Origin: an uncultured delta proteobacterium
GTDB lineage: Bacteria > Myxococcota_A > Polyangia > Polyangiales > Houyiibacteriaceae
Assembly (NCBI GenBank): GCA_963699755.1
Contig: CAVOVB010000005.1
Span: 128,001 to 192,000 of the forward strand
DNA: 64,000 nt
Reading direction: 5' to 3'
The notes below the pieces were generated by a model. The model searched no databases and had not been told where the DNA came from. It saw only the letters and a program-made list of their open reading frames with translations. Shown here piece by piece: positions 1-8,270 of the stretch. The position numbers and the translations under genes are program-made. The first letter of the stretch is position 1. The number at the start of each line of letters is the position of its first letter.

Positions 1-99
1 GCCGGGTATATCCGATACTTGAAGATGTCGGCCGCGGGATTCAACGTCGGAGCGCTCGCACTGTATCGACTGACGTTGGTTCCGTATCCGCAGCGCTGA
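1..99 (+). CDS. 3' end of a CDS truncated by the window edge; resembles the C-terminus of cyclopropane-fatty-acid synthase (Cfa/CMAS) family methyltransferases
   Basis: Frame 1 is open from base 1 to TGA 97-99 and reads AGYIRYLKMSAAGFNVGALALYRLTLVPYPQR*, matching the Cfa-type tail pattern (YL..SA..F..G...LY...L). Only 32 aa are visible and the ORF track does not list it. Confidence 0.4.
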   Translation, partial: AGYIRYLKMSAAGFNVGALALYRLTLVPYPQR

Positions 100-250
100 C
101 ATCGCTGGCTGGCGTTGGATGCCCGGGCTCCGACTTTTGACAACGTAGAATTGCCATGCATCGCGGCGCGACGAGCGGGTCCGTGGCCTGTTGGACAGTG
201 TTTTTTTGTTCAGCCGATCCTCGGACGGACCTGTGGTATGTTCCGCGGAT

Positions 251-1741
251 ATGTCCATTCGACCGACAGCCAACGACCTGAAGCATAAGGACTTCATGGG
301 CTCTGACTCAATTCATCGTTTTCGTCCTGGGCGCGTTCAATCGTGCGAGCTTGCCGGCTCTCTGATCGCGTCGTTCAACCTCGAAGGAGGCCCGTGGAGC
401 GCCAAGGTTCTTGATGTGTCCAGTACCGGTCTGGCGCTGGAATCTGTTTCCACCGCCTGCGCTCCTGGGGCGTCGCTGTCGAATCTCGAATTGATGTATG
501 ATGGTACGTTGGTTTGGTCGGGTACCGGTGAGGTAATCTACCAGGTCGGGGAACCAGCCAGCCGCGTCGGAGTGAGGTTTACCTCAGGATTGATAGAGGT
601 CTCGGAGCTCAAATACAGAAACATCCTACAGAGCTCGGAAGCCTCATCTGCGATTGACTTGACGGTACTGGCAGCGGCACGACTCCCCGACGCATGGCGT
701 GCGCGCGTCGCGGATGCACATCACTTGCTCCAGGTTGCTCGCTCCCATTTCAGCGCCTGCGAAGGCGAGCTTGCCCAGCTGGGCACCGAACGCCTGGAAC
801 GTGAACCGGCCTTGATTCGCGCGTTCTACGATTCGTGGGCGCCAAAATACAGAGCTGTGTTCACGGAACTCTACGAGATTTCCATGGGCTTCGACCACGA
901 GCAGATCGAGTTAGCGAGCCACTACGCGGAACGTCACCTGTACCCACTCCTAAAGGGGTGTCCGCTACATAGCCGGTCGCACGACAAACCTTCTGGCTAC
1001 GCGGGCGACTACCAGACGATGCTATTGTGTTCCGGACCGGACCATTTTGCCGGCTCGCTCTACGATAGATTTCTCTATTGGGTCGCCCGTAACTACACGA
1101 TGGTGAGAACGGTCCCCGCACGCCAACGGTTCCTACGCGACAGAATAGTCGAAACAGCTGGTACGACTTCCGGCCGGAAGAAGGTGGTGTCGATAGCATG
1201 CGGTCCAGCTGTGGAGATTCAGGACTTCGTGCGGACGATGGAGCCGACTCCCATCAAATTCATTCTAGTCGATCAGGATGAGGCCGCCCTAGCTTATGCG
1301 AACGACAAGATCGCGGCTGCGATTCTGTCCAACCCGAGGCTCGGTGATGAAGTGGAGGTGGAATGCCTACATCTCTCCGTTCGGCAGCTCATGAAACCCG
1401 AATCGGAAGAGCTGTTGGCCTCGATTGCCCGTCTCAGAAACGCTACTCTTGTCTATAGTGCGGGGCTCTTCGACTACTTCCAGGACGGCGTTGCGCAGAA
1501 ACTGCTCATGAGGCTATACGATCTACTCGGAACAGGCGGACGCTTGTTGGTTGGCAACCTGCGCGAAACGCCCGATACAACTTGGCTTCTGGACTACGTT
1601 CTTAGCTGGCCGCTCGTGTATCGGACCAGGGAGTCGATGGAATCATTGGCGAGCGTGCTCAAGCCTACCCCGAGGACCCTCCGAATAAGCTTCGATGGAA
1701 CCGAACGCTGCCTGTTCTGGGATGTAGAACGACCCGGGTGA
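251..1741 (+). CDS. PhcB-like class I SAM-dependent methyltransferase with an N-terminal PilZ-like domain (putative signal synthase)
   Basis: Motifs KPSGYAGDY, SIACGPAVEIQ (SAM motif I), LVYSAGLFDY, GGRLLVGNL and W.LVYR recall PhcB-type proteins. N-terminal DVSSTG plus VGVRF suggest a PilZ fold. ATG 251 preferred over TTG 191. Confidence 0.72.
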   Translation: MSIRPTANDLKHKDFMGSDSIHRFRPGRVQSCELAGSLIASFNLEGGPWSAKVLDVSSTGLALESVSTACAPGASLSNLELMYDGTLVWSGTGEVIYQVGEPASRVGVRFTSGLIEVSELKYRNILQSSEASSAIDLTVLAAARLPDAWRARVADAHHLLQVARSHFSACEGELAQLGTERLEREPALIRAFYDSWAPKYRAVFTELYEISMGFDHEQIELASHYAERHLYPLLKGCPLHSRSHDKPSGYAGDYQTMLLCSGPDHFAGSLYDRFLYWVARNYTMVRTVPARQRFLRDRIVETAGTTSGRKKVVSIACGPAVEIQDFVRTMEPTPIKFILVDQDEAALAYANDKIAAAILSNPRLGDEVEVECLHLSVRQLMKPESEELLASIARLRNATLVYSAGLFDYFQDGVAQKLLMRLYDLLGTGGRLLVGNLRETPDTTWLLDYVLSWPLVYRTRESMESLASVLKPTPRTLRISFDGTERCLFWDVERPG

Positions 1742-1744
1742 CAC

Positions 1745-4318
1745 ATGGACGCTGGGGGGGGTATTGACAACATAGACCTGGCAGAGCGGCGACCAGATCT
1801 GAGAGCAGAGCTATCAGAAACCAACGTGAGTCTGTTGGTTGCCGCCGCCCCTGTGATCAGCTTCTTCTTCCTGATCTGGGCGGGATTCGACCGAGTAATC
1901 GCCCCGCACATCTGGCTTGACCTCCTCGCGGCGCGCGCGCTGGTCGTCGTGGTGAACGCCTTCGTCGTGATTTGGGCATCGAAGTCGCAACATCCTTCAC
2001 GAGGTGAGATCGGCTTCTGGCTGTGGCTCCTCGTTTGGTCAATCGGAATCTCAGCGATGCTTCCCTTCGTCGGAGAAGGCTTCAACGCCTACGTGGTTGG
2101 CCTTTCGATCGCATTGCTTGGCGCTGGGATACTCCCGTATTGGGGACCGGCCTGGGCCATCTCGATCGTCCTCACATGCGCCGCTGCGGCTAGCTTCGGT
2201 GCATATGTTGCGCGCCCGGCTACTGGTGAGTTTCTAACATTCGTGTTCGTGATTCTAACAACTTCCACGGTGAGCGTCGTCGGATCATTGTTTCGAATCC
2301 ACCTGAAGCGCAGGGAGTTCGAGGCGAGAAGCGAATCTGAACGATTGCGGAGAGCCGAACTGCAGCGCTCAAACCAGTTGAGCGACGCCTTGGATCAACT
2401 CGCAGAGCTCGACAAGATGAAAAACGAGTTCTTCGCGAACATCTCTCACGAATTGCGTACGCCCCTTACGCTGATCCTCTCGCCGGTCGACCAGCTGCTT
2501 TCCAGCCTGCAGCCGAGCGCAGAACGCGAGGCATTGGAGGTCGTGCGCCGGAACGCCGCCCGTCTGCTTCGAATGATCGACGATCTGCTCGATCTCGCTC
2601 GACTCGACGGCGGAGGACTGAGGCTACGTGTGACGCAAGTGAATGTCGAAACCCTGGCAGAGAATACGGCAAAGAACGCCAGGCCCACGGCGACAGCGAA
2701 GGGAGTCGAGCTTGACTTCTCGTCCCAAGGCAGCGCATCGGACATCTTCGGAGATCCTCATCGACTCGAGATCATCCTCACCAACCTGATCGGCAACGCA
2801 ATCAAGTTCACGCCGCGGGGAGGACGAATCGATGTTCGCGTCGTCCACCTACCGAGCGGCACCTCGATCGAGGTCGCCGATACGGGTCCCGGAATCCCCA
2901 ACGATGAAATAGAGCGGATTTTCGATCGATTCCATCAGACAGAAACATCAGAACGTCGGCGCCAGGGCGGTGTAGGCATCGGCCTCGCACTCGCTCGCGA
3001 GCTTGCGCAGCTCCATGGGGGCTCGCTGACAGCGGATAGCAAGCCCGAACAGGGATCGACGTTCACGCTGTTTCTCCGAAGCGGAAAAGGGCATTTCCAG
3101 AACGAGGTAGTTGAGCGACGGCGGGCACACGTGGATGGGCATCCTGGACGGCGAATCGAGGACCGAGCAGCAGAAATGCCCTCGCGTCCCATGGAGGATG
3201 CCACAGTGGAGCTCCGCCAAAGCGAGGCACCCCCGGAGCGCGTCTTGCTCGACCGTGGACGATTGCCTCGCATCCTCGTCGCTGAGGACGAGGCGGACCT
3301 ACGCGGCTTCATCGTAGGCGTCCTGAAAGCCACCTACGTCGTCGATGCCGCAGAGGATGGAGCCGAGGCTATCGCGCTGATGAAACGCAACCGACCCGAC
3401 TTGGTTCTGACGGACGTCATGATGCCGGGGGTGAGCGGCCTTGATCTGACGCGCACGATCAAGGGGAATCCCTCGCTGCGACACATCCCGGTCATCCTCC
3501 TCACGGCGAGGGGGGAAGACGAGGCGGCGCTCGAGGGCTATGAGGCTGGCGCAGACGACTTCGTCTCAAAGCCCTTCCACACCAAGGTCTTGCTGGCCCG
3601 CGTTCGCGCTCACATCAAAATGCATGGTCTATCTCTGCAGCTCGCCGATCAAGCTCGTCTGGCATCTGCTGGAACGCTTGCGGCGGGCCTTGCCCATGAG
3701 GTGAAGAATCCACTCAACGCGGCCATGAACGCCGTGAAGGTCTTGCAGCAGGGCGGGTCGACGCGTGTCTCGAATGAGAAATTGATGAGCCTCGTTGTCG
3801 ATGCACTAAAGCGTATCGACAGCGTTGTTTCGGCTCTCGGTGCGCATGCGCGGCCGGCGGATGGAATGGACCTGGTGCCCTGCAACGTGCGCGAGGCGGT
3901 CGAATCCACCCTCAATTTGCTCGATCACAAGCTTCGTAGCCGCGTGACGGTTCACCGAGAGTACGAAACGACTGGCGAGGTGTATGCGCCCGCGCGGGCC
4001 TTCAATCAGGTGATGTTGAATCTGGTCGACAACTCGATTCGTTCGGGCGCAGAGAACATCTGGATCGAGATCAACCAAGCGAACAAGCAAATCTTCGTAG
4101 CCGTGGCCGACGACGGACCCGGCGTTCCAGCTGACGTAGTCCACCGCATCTTCGACCCCTTCTTCACCACCCGAGTCGAGGGCGAAGGCACCGGCCTCGG
4201 GCTCCACCTCAGCCGGCGAATCGCCCAGGAGTGTGGCGGCGAGCTGAGATATGAGCCCCGGCCTGGCGGTGGCGCACGCTTCGTGATGGAAATTCCCGCA
4301 ATGGGGCTGGCTGCCTGA
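1745..4318 (+). CDS. Membrane hybrid sensor histidine kinase, TM-HisKA-HATPase-REC-HisKA-HATPase (PhcS-like)
   Basis: About 6 N-terminal hydrophobic segments; SHELRTPL, NAIKFT, DTGPG, GVGIGL; receiver AEDE...TDVMMP...SKPF; second module AHEVKNPL, DDGPG, GTGLGL. Confidence 0.93.
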   Translation: MDAGGGIDNIDLAERRPDLRAELSETNVSLLVAAAPVISFFFLIWAGFDRVIAPHIWLDLLAARALVVVVNAFVVIWASKSQHPSRGEIGFWLWLLVWSIGISAMLPFVGEGFNAYVVGLSIALLGAGILPYWGPAWAISIVLTCAAAASFGAYVARPATGEFLTFVFVILTTSTVSVVGSLFRIHLKRREFEARSESERLRRAELQRSNQLSDALDQLAELDKMKNEFFANISHELRTPLTLILSPVDQLLSSLQPSAEREALEVVRRNAARLLRMIDDLLDLARLDGGGLRLRVTQVNVETLAENTAKNARPTATAKGVELDFSSQGSASDIFGDPHRLEIILTNLIGNAIKFTPRGGRIDVRVVHLPSGTSIEVADTGPGIPNDEIERIFDRFHQTETSERRRQGGVGIGLALARELAQLHGGSLTADSKPEQGSTFTLFLRSGKGHFQNEVVERRRAHVDGHPGRRIEDRAAEMPSRPMEDATVELRQSEAPPERVLLDRGRLPRILVAEDEADLRGFIVGVLKATYVVDAAEDGAEAIALMKRNRPDLVLTDVMMPGVSGLDLTRTIKGNPSLRHIPVILLTARGEDEAALEGYEAGADDFVSKPFHTKVLLARVRAHIKMHGLSLQLADQARLASAGTLAAGLAHEVKNPLNAAMNAVKVLQQGGSTRVSNEKLMSLVVDALKRIDSVVSALGAHARPADGMDLVPCNVREAVESTLNLLDHKLRSRVTVHREYETTGEVYAPARAFNQVMLNLVDNSIRSGAENIWIEINQANKQIFVAVADDGPGVPADVVHRIFDPFFTTRVEGEGTGLGLHLSRRIAQECGGELRYEPRPGGGARFVMEIPAMGLAA

Positions 4319-4356
4319 TTGCTGGGGCGCCCACCCCCCTGGCGAAGTCCGAGTAC

Positions 4357-4601
4357 GACCAGATGCTACGAAACCGTGTGATCGCTCGCAGGGAACGCGA
4401 CACGGCTGTGGGCGTTTTCGCACCTGCACGGGCGTTCTGCCGCGTCTCTGCTGCCCGAGCGGACGGCGAACGGACGCCCCAGTGCCCCAATCGAGCCAAG
4501 GAATCGCCAATGGCTGCGGTGGTGGGCTAAGCTGTACATAGAGGCCCGGGGGAGGGGCCCGCTTCGTGATGGAGGGAACTGCCATGGAGCAAGCGGCATG
4601 A
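4357..4601 (+). pseudogene. Degraded duplicate of the 3' end of the upstream hybrid kinase
   Basis: 4357-4437 translates DQMLRNRVIARRERDTAVGVFAPARAF versus kinase DHKLRSRVTVHREYETTGEVYAPARAF (15/27 identical). 4494-4601 translates SQGIANGCGGGLSCT*RPGGGARFVMEGTAMEQAA* versus SRRIAQECGGELRYEPRPGGGARFVMEIPAMGLAA* (22/35). It carries an internal deletion, a frameshift and an in-frame TAG. Confidence 0.85.
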
Positions 4602-5746
4602 CAGCGCACGTTTTGTTCGTCGATGACGAGGAGCCCAATCTGATCGTCTTTGAGGCGGTCTGTGGCGACACGTTTCCCGTGCTGACGGCTTCGAGCGCGG
4701 CGCAGGGGCTCAAGCTGATGGAGCAGCACGAGATCGGTGTCGTGCTCACCGACCAACGGATGCCGGGGATGACGGGGATCGAGCTTCTCGAGAAGGTCGA
4801 GGTCGAGTACCCGGATGCGATTCGTCTTTTGATCACGGCCTACTCGGACTTGCAGGCGGCCGAGGATGCGATCAACCGCGGGCACGTGCGGCGCTACATG
4901 CGCAAGCCGTGGGAGCCGGAGACGCTGCGCGCCGAGCTGCGCGATGCGATCGACCTCTACTCGCTCAATACGCGAGTGCGTGAGCTCGAGCAACGTCTGC
5001 TCGAATCGGAGCGCTCGTATTCGTTTAGTGTGGTGGCCGAAGGGATCGCCGAAGAGCTTGGCAACCCGGTGCGCTGGATTCGCAACAATCTGACGGCCAT
5101 CGAGGCTTCGGTGAAGGCCGCGACCGCAGCGCTTGCCGAACCGACGCCGAACGTCCCGCGTGCCTGCGGTACCCTGGCGCAGATCGATACGGCCGTAGCC
5201 GATGCGCGCGACGGGGTGAAGCGCATTTTGGAGCTGACCGAAAAGATGGCCCAGCCGTTGGAAGAAGCCGCCATCGAGGTCGTGGACTTGGCGGACGCGG
5301 TTCGGGTCGCGCTTCGCAAGGCAGAGAACAGCGGGCTGCGCGGGCGCGCGCTGATCGAAGTGGCCACGGGCGTCGAGCCAAAGGTGATGGCGACGCGCAC
5401 GAACATCGTTCACATCGCCCTCAATCTTTTGGCGAATGCGATTCAGCGGGCCGCGGCACGGGCCGGCGGCCAGGGTGTCGTGCGTGTCACGACCGCGATG
5501 CTGGGCGATGAAGCCGTACTCGACGTCTCGGACAACGGGCCCCCGCTCTCCCCTCAGCAGATGGAATCGGTCTTCAAGCCCTTCGGCGTCGGAGGACGCT
5601 TGCACGGAGCCGGCGTGGGCTTGGCGATTTCGAAGCGCATCGCCGAGGAGCTCGGAGGCCGAATCCTGGTGAGCGCGACCGATGATCACGAAACGCTCTT
5701 CCGGCTGCTCCTGCCGAGCGTCACGAGAAAGACGGGACGGCCGTGA
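4598..5746 (+). CDS. Response regulator with a C-terminal degenerate histidine-kinase domain (PhcR-like)
   Basis: Receiver FVDDE...TDQRMPGMTG...ITAYSD...KPW. Kinase-like part: GIAEELGNPV (His replaced by Glu), NLLANA, DNGPP, GAGVGL. Confidence 0.88.
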   Translation: MTAHVLFVDDEEPNLIVFEAVCGDTFPVLTASSAAQGLKLMEQHEIGVVLTDQRMPGMTGIELLEKVEVEYPDAIRLLITAYSDLQAAEDAINRGHVRRYMRKPWEPETLRAELRDAIDLYSLNTRVRELEQRLLESERSYSFSVVAEGIAEELGNPVRWIRNNLTAIEASVKAATAALAEPTPNVPRACGTLAQIDTAVADARDGVKRILELTEKMAQPLEEAAIEVVDLADAVRVALRKAENSGLRGRALIEVATGVEPKVMATRTNIVHIALNLLANAIQRAAARAGGQGVVRVTTAMLGDEAVLDVSDNGPPLSPQQMESVFKPFGVGGRLHGAGVGLAISKRIAEELGGRILVSATDDHETLFRLLLPSVTRKTGRP

Positions 5747-6213
5747 CCGCGGAGGCGCGACCGGCTTTGCGCGAGTTCGGACTCATCTTCGACGAAAGCG
5801 CGTGGCCGCTCACTTATGTCCGGTTTCCTTCGAAGCCGCTGAGCGACGACGGTTTCGAATATTTCATCGAGCGTTACACGGCGATGGTCGAGCGGCGGAT
5901 CCCCTTCGCGACGATTCTAGACTCGAGAGGCCTGACGACGGCGATCACAGCGCATCAGCGAAGGCGGCTGACCGAGTGGTTCGATGTGACCGGTGACCTC
6001 GCTGGCGAGCACCACTTCGGGATCGCGGTGCTGATCAACAACGCGCTCATTCGCGGTGCGCTCCAGGCCGTGACCTGGGTGAAGCCGATCCCGGTGCCGA
6101 TCAAGCCCTTCGGCTCGATCGCGGACGCTGCTCCCTGGATTCGCGAGATCCTGCGCGAACAGAGGATCCCGACGACGACCGCGATGGAGATGCTTCTCAC
6201 CGGGCGTAGCTAG
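5743..6213 (+). CDS. STAS/SEC14 (SpoIIAA-like) small protein
   Basis: GTGA overlap with the previous gene. WPLTYVRFP...FATILDSR...RGALQAVTW pattern is typical of these myxobacterial proteins. Confidence 0.6.
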   Translation: MTAEARPALREFGLIFDESAWPLTYVRFPSKPLSDDGFEYFIERYTAMVERRIPFATILDSRGLTTAITAHQRRRLTEWFDVTGDLAGEHHFGIAVLINNALIRGALQAVTWVKPIPVPIKPFGSIADAAPWIREILREQRIPTTTAMEMLLTGRS

Positions 6214-6233
6214 CAAACCCGGCTCGGTCGCGC

Positions 6234-7412
6234 CTACTTCACGGCGTAGCCGGCTGCGCGGACGACGGCTTCGAGGTCGGCCTCGGGAACCGAGCCCTCC
6301 ACCGTGGCTTGGCTCGGGTCGAGGGTCACGATGGCCGAGGTGACGCCATCGGCATCGCGAAGGGCGCGTTCGAGCTTGCGAACGCAGTTGTTGCAGGTGA
6401 GGCCTTCGACCTCGAGGGTGACGACGGTGGGCCCGGCAGGTGCACGGCGGCGGAGCCAGGCGCTTCGGAGGTCGTCGACCATGAAGTAGAGGAAGAGGCC
6501 GGCGAGCAGCAAGGCCGATGCCCAGGCCCACCAGGGCTGGCGGTGCTCATGGGTCGTGCTGCCCAGCGCTTCGAAGGGAAGGGCGGCGTCATAGACATAG
6601 GCGAGCCCGACGCTTCCAATGACGACGGTGGCGAGATAGACGCCGAGGACGCGCTTGCCAAAGGCCCGCTTCACCGCGCCGATGGTGGCGATGTTGGTTG
6701 CCGGGCCCGCCATCAGGAAGACGAGGGCGGCGCCTGTGGGCATGCCCTGCGTGATCAACGCGGCGGCGATCGGCACCGATGCGGTGGCGCACACGTAGAG
6801 AGGCAGCGCGATCGCGAGGGCCGCGAGGCCGGAGAGCGCGGGGTGGACGTCGGACCAGCCGGCGATGGCGCCCGGTGGAATCCAGACGGTGATCGCGGCC
6901 GAGGCGACGACGCCGAAGACGATCCACCTCCAGATGGGCCGGACGACGTCGACCATGTGCTCGAAGAAGCCAACCGTCGATTGCGGTGCGCTGGTTTCTT
7001 CGAAGCCCTCGATGCCTCTCGCTTCGGTATGTAGTGATTCGGTGACCGCGCCGCCGACGAGCCCCATGACGAGCGCGCTCAAGCACTTGAAGAGCGTGAA
7101 CGGCCAACCGAGAAACGACGCGCTCACCAGAAGCGAGTCTACGCCGGTCTGTGGCGTGCTGATGAGAAAGCCGACCGCCGCGCCGTCGCTCGCGCCGTCC
7201 TTCTTGAGACCGAGCCCTGCGGGAATGACACCGCAGGAGCACAAGGGCAGAGGCACACCGAGCGCGACGGCCTTGGCGACGCCGCCGAAGCCGCGAAACT
7301 GGCGCCGTGCAAAGTCGCGAGGAAGGAACACGTGGAGCGCACCGGCAGCCGCGGCTCCGAGAAGAAGCCAGGGCGAAAGCTGAAGCCATACCTGCCAGAT
7401 CGCGTCGAGCAC
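6234..7412 (-). CDS. ArsP/DUF318 (SO_0444-like) metal permease with C-terminal HMA domain
   Basis: PLPLCSCGVIP, ISTPQTGVDS, PLYVCATAS and AGPATN motifs; C-terminal GLTCNNC HMA motif. Confidence 0.88.
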   Translation of the reverse strand: MLDAIWQVWLQLSPWLLLGAAAAGALHVFLPRDFARRQFRGFGGVAKAVALGVPLPLCSCGVIPAGLGLKKDGASDGAAVGFLISTPQTGVDSLLVSASFLGWPFTLFKCLSALVMGLVGGAVTESLHTEARGIEGFEETSAPQSTVGFFEHMVDVVRPIWRWIVFGVVASAAITVWIPPGAIAGWSDVHPALSGLAALAIALPLYVCATASVPIAAALITQGMPTGAALVFLMAGPATNIATIGAVKRAFGKRVLGVYLATVVIGSVGLAYVYDAALPFEALGSTTHEHRQPWWAWASALLLAGLFLYFMVDDLRSAWLRRRAPAGPTVVTLEVEGLTCNNCVRKLERALRDADGVTSAIVTLDPSQATVEGSVPEADLEAVVRAAGYAVK

Positions 7413-7453
7413 GGGAGGGATATGGGTCTACGCCGAAGGCGGCGCAATCCCTC

Positions 7454-7753
7454 CTAGACCGGCACGTCGCCTAGGCTGTTGCGCTGATACCCGTCTGCTT
7501 GCATGGCGCCGACGAGCACGGTCGGCGGGTGCGCCCCGTTGCCGTTGACGTGCTCGCCCGGGTTCGCGCCGCCCGCGCGACCGGCCATGAGCATGACCAT
7601 GTTCTCGACGACGGCGTTGTCCTCGGACGCAAACGCGAGGAGCGGCAGATAGGCATCGACGTCCTTCGCGGTCACTTCCCTTCGCAGGGCACGTGGCAGG
7701 AGCGAATCGAGGAACGCGCGAAAGCGCGCGCTCGGCTTGCGACGGACGCCGGA
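7454..7753 (-). pseudogene. Probable deletion scar fusing DUF1595/DUF1592-like and DUF1552-like fragments
   Basis: The open frame reads ...FRAFLDSLLPRALRREVTAKDVDAYLPL (DUF1595-like RAxRR.T....Y) then NMVMLMAGRAGG..PG.H..G.HP..VL..AMQA.G...SLG (DUF1552 C-terminus-like). The 5' part has no start codon. Confidence 0.4.
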
Positions 7754-7784
7754 CTACGATCTTTCGCCCAGAAGCGCAGTGATT

Positions 7785-8264
7785 TCAATCGGTTTCCTGG
7801 GTAGAGAGCGTCCCCTTGGGGGGGAGGAGGGCTCGGAGCTCCATGTTGGCTGGGAGGGGGGTGCCGCGGAGCCAGGCCACGCCTCCTTTTTTGAAGCGGA
7901 TCCAGTGGCCGTCGGGGTTGCCGATGGTGAGGAGGGAGAGGGCGTCGCTCATCCAGGGCTCGTGGCCCACGCAAGCAACTTGCTCTCCTTCCAGGGATGC
8001 AAAGAAGTCCTCCTTTGGCGGCCCGGCAAGATCGTCGACCGCGATCAAGGGCCCATCGTTGAGCGGGGCCAGGAGCTCCGCGGTCTGGAGCGCGCGGAGC
8101 CAAGGGCTGTGGTAGACGCGGTCGAATCGAAAGCCAGCGCGCGCGAGACTTCGAACGACCAGCTTGAATCGGCTGCGGCCTTTGTCGGTGAGCGCTCGTT
8201 CGACATCGGGGAGGCCCTCCCTTCCCTCTTCGGCGATCGCGTGGCGTATTAGGAATAGGTCCAT
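7785..8264 (-). CDS. sixA: Phosphohistidine phosphatase SixA family
   Basis: LIRHAIA, RALTDKG, SPWLRALQTA, VGHEP and FKKGG motifs. Confidence 0.88.
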   Translation of the reverse strand: MDLFLIRHAIAEEGREGLPDVERALTDKGRSRFKLVVRSLARAGFRFDRVYHSPWLRALQTAELLAPLNDGPLIAVDDLAGPPKEDFFASLEGEQVACVGHEPWMSDALSLLTIGNPDGHWIRFKKGGVAWLRGTPLPANMELRALLPPKGTLSTQETD

Positions 8265-8270
8265 GGTTCT

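Noticed and set aside
3806..5689. 627-aa minus-strand ORF
   Set aside because: Antisense shadow of the kinase and regulator genes; no recognisable motifs, and long shadow ORFs are expected at high GC.
7785..8264. SixA as part of the phc-like phosphorelay
   Set aside because: It is on the opposite strand and coupled to ppx, a common pairing; proximity is probably coincidental.
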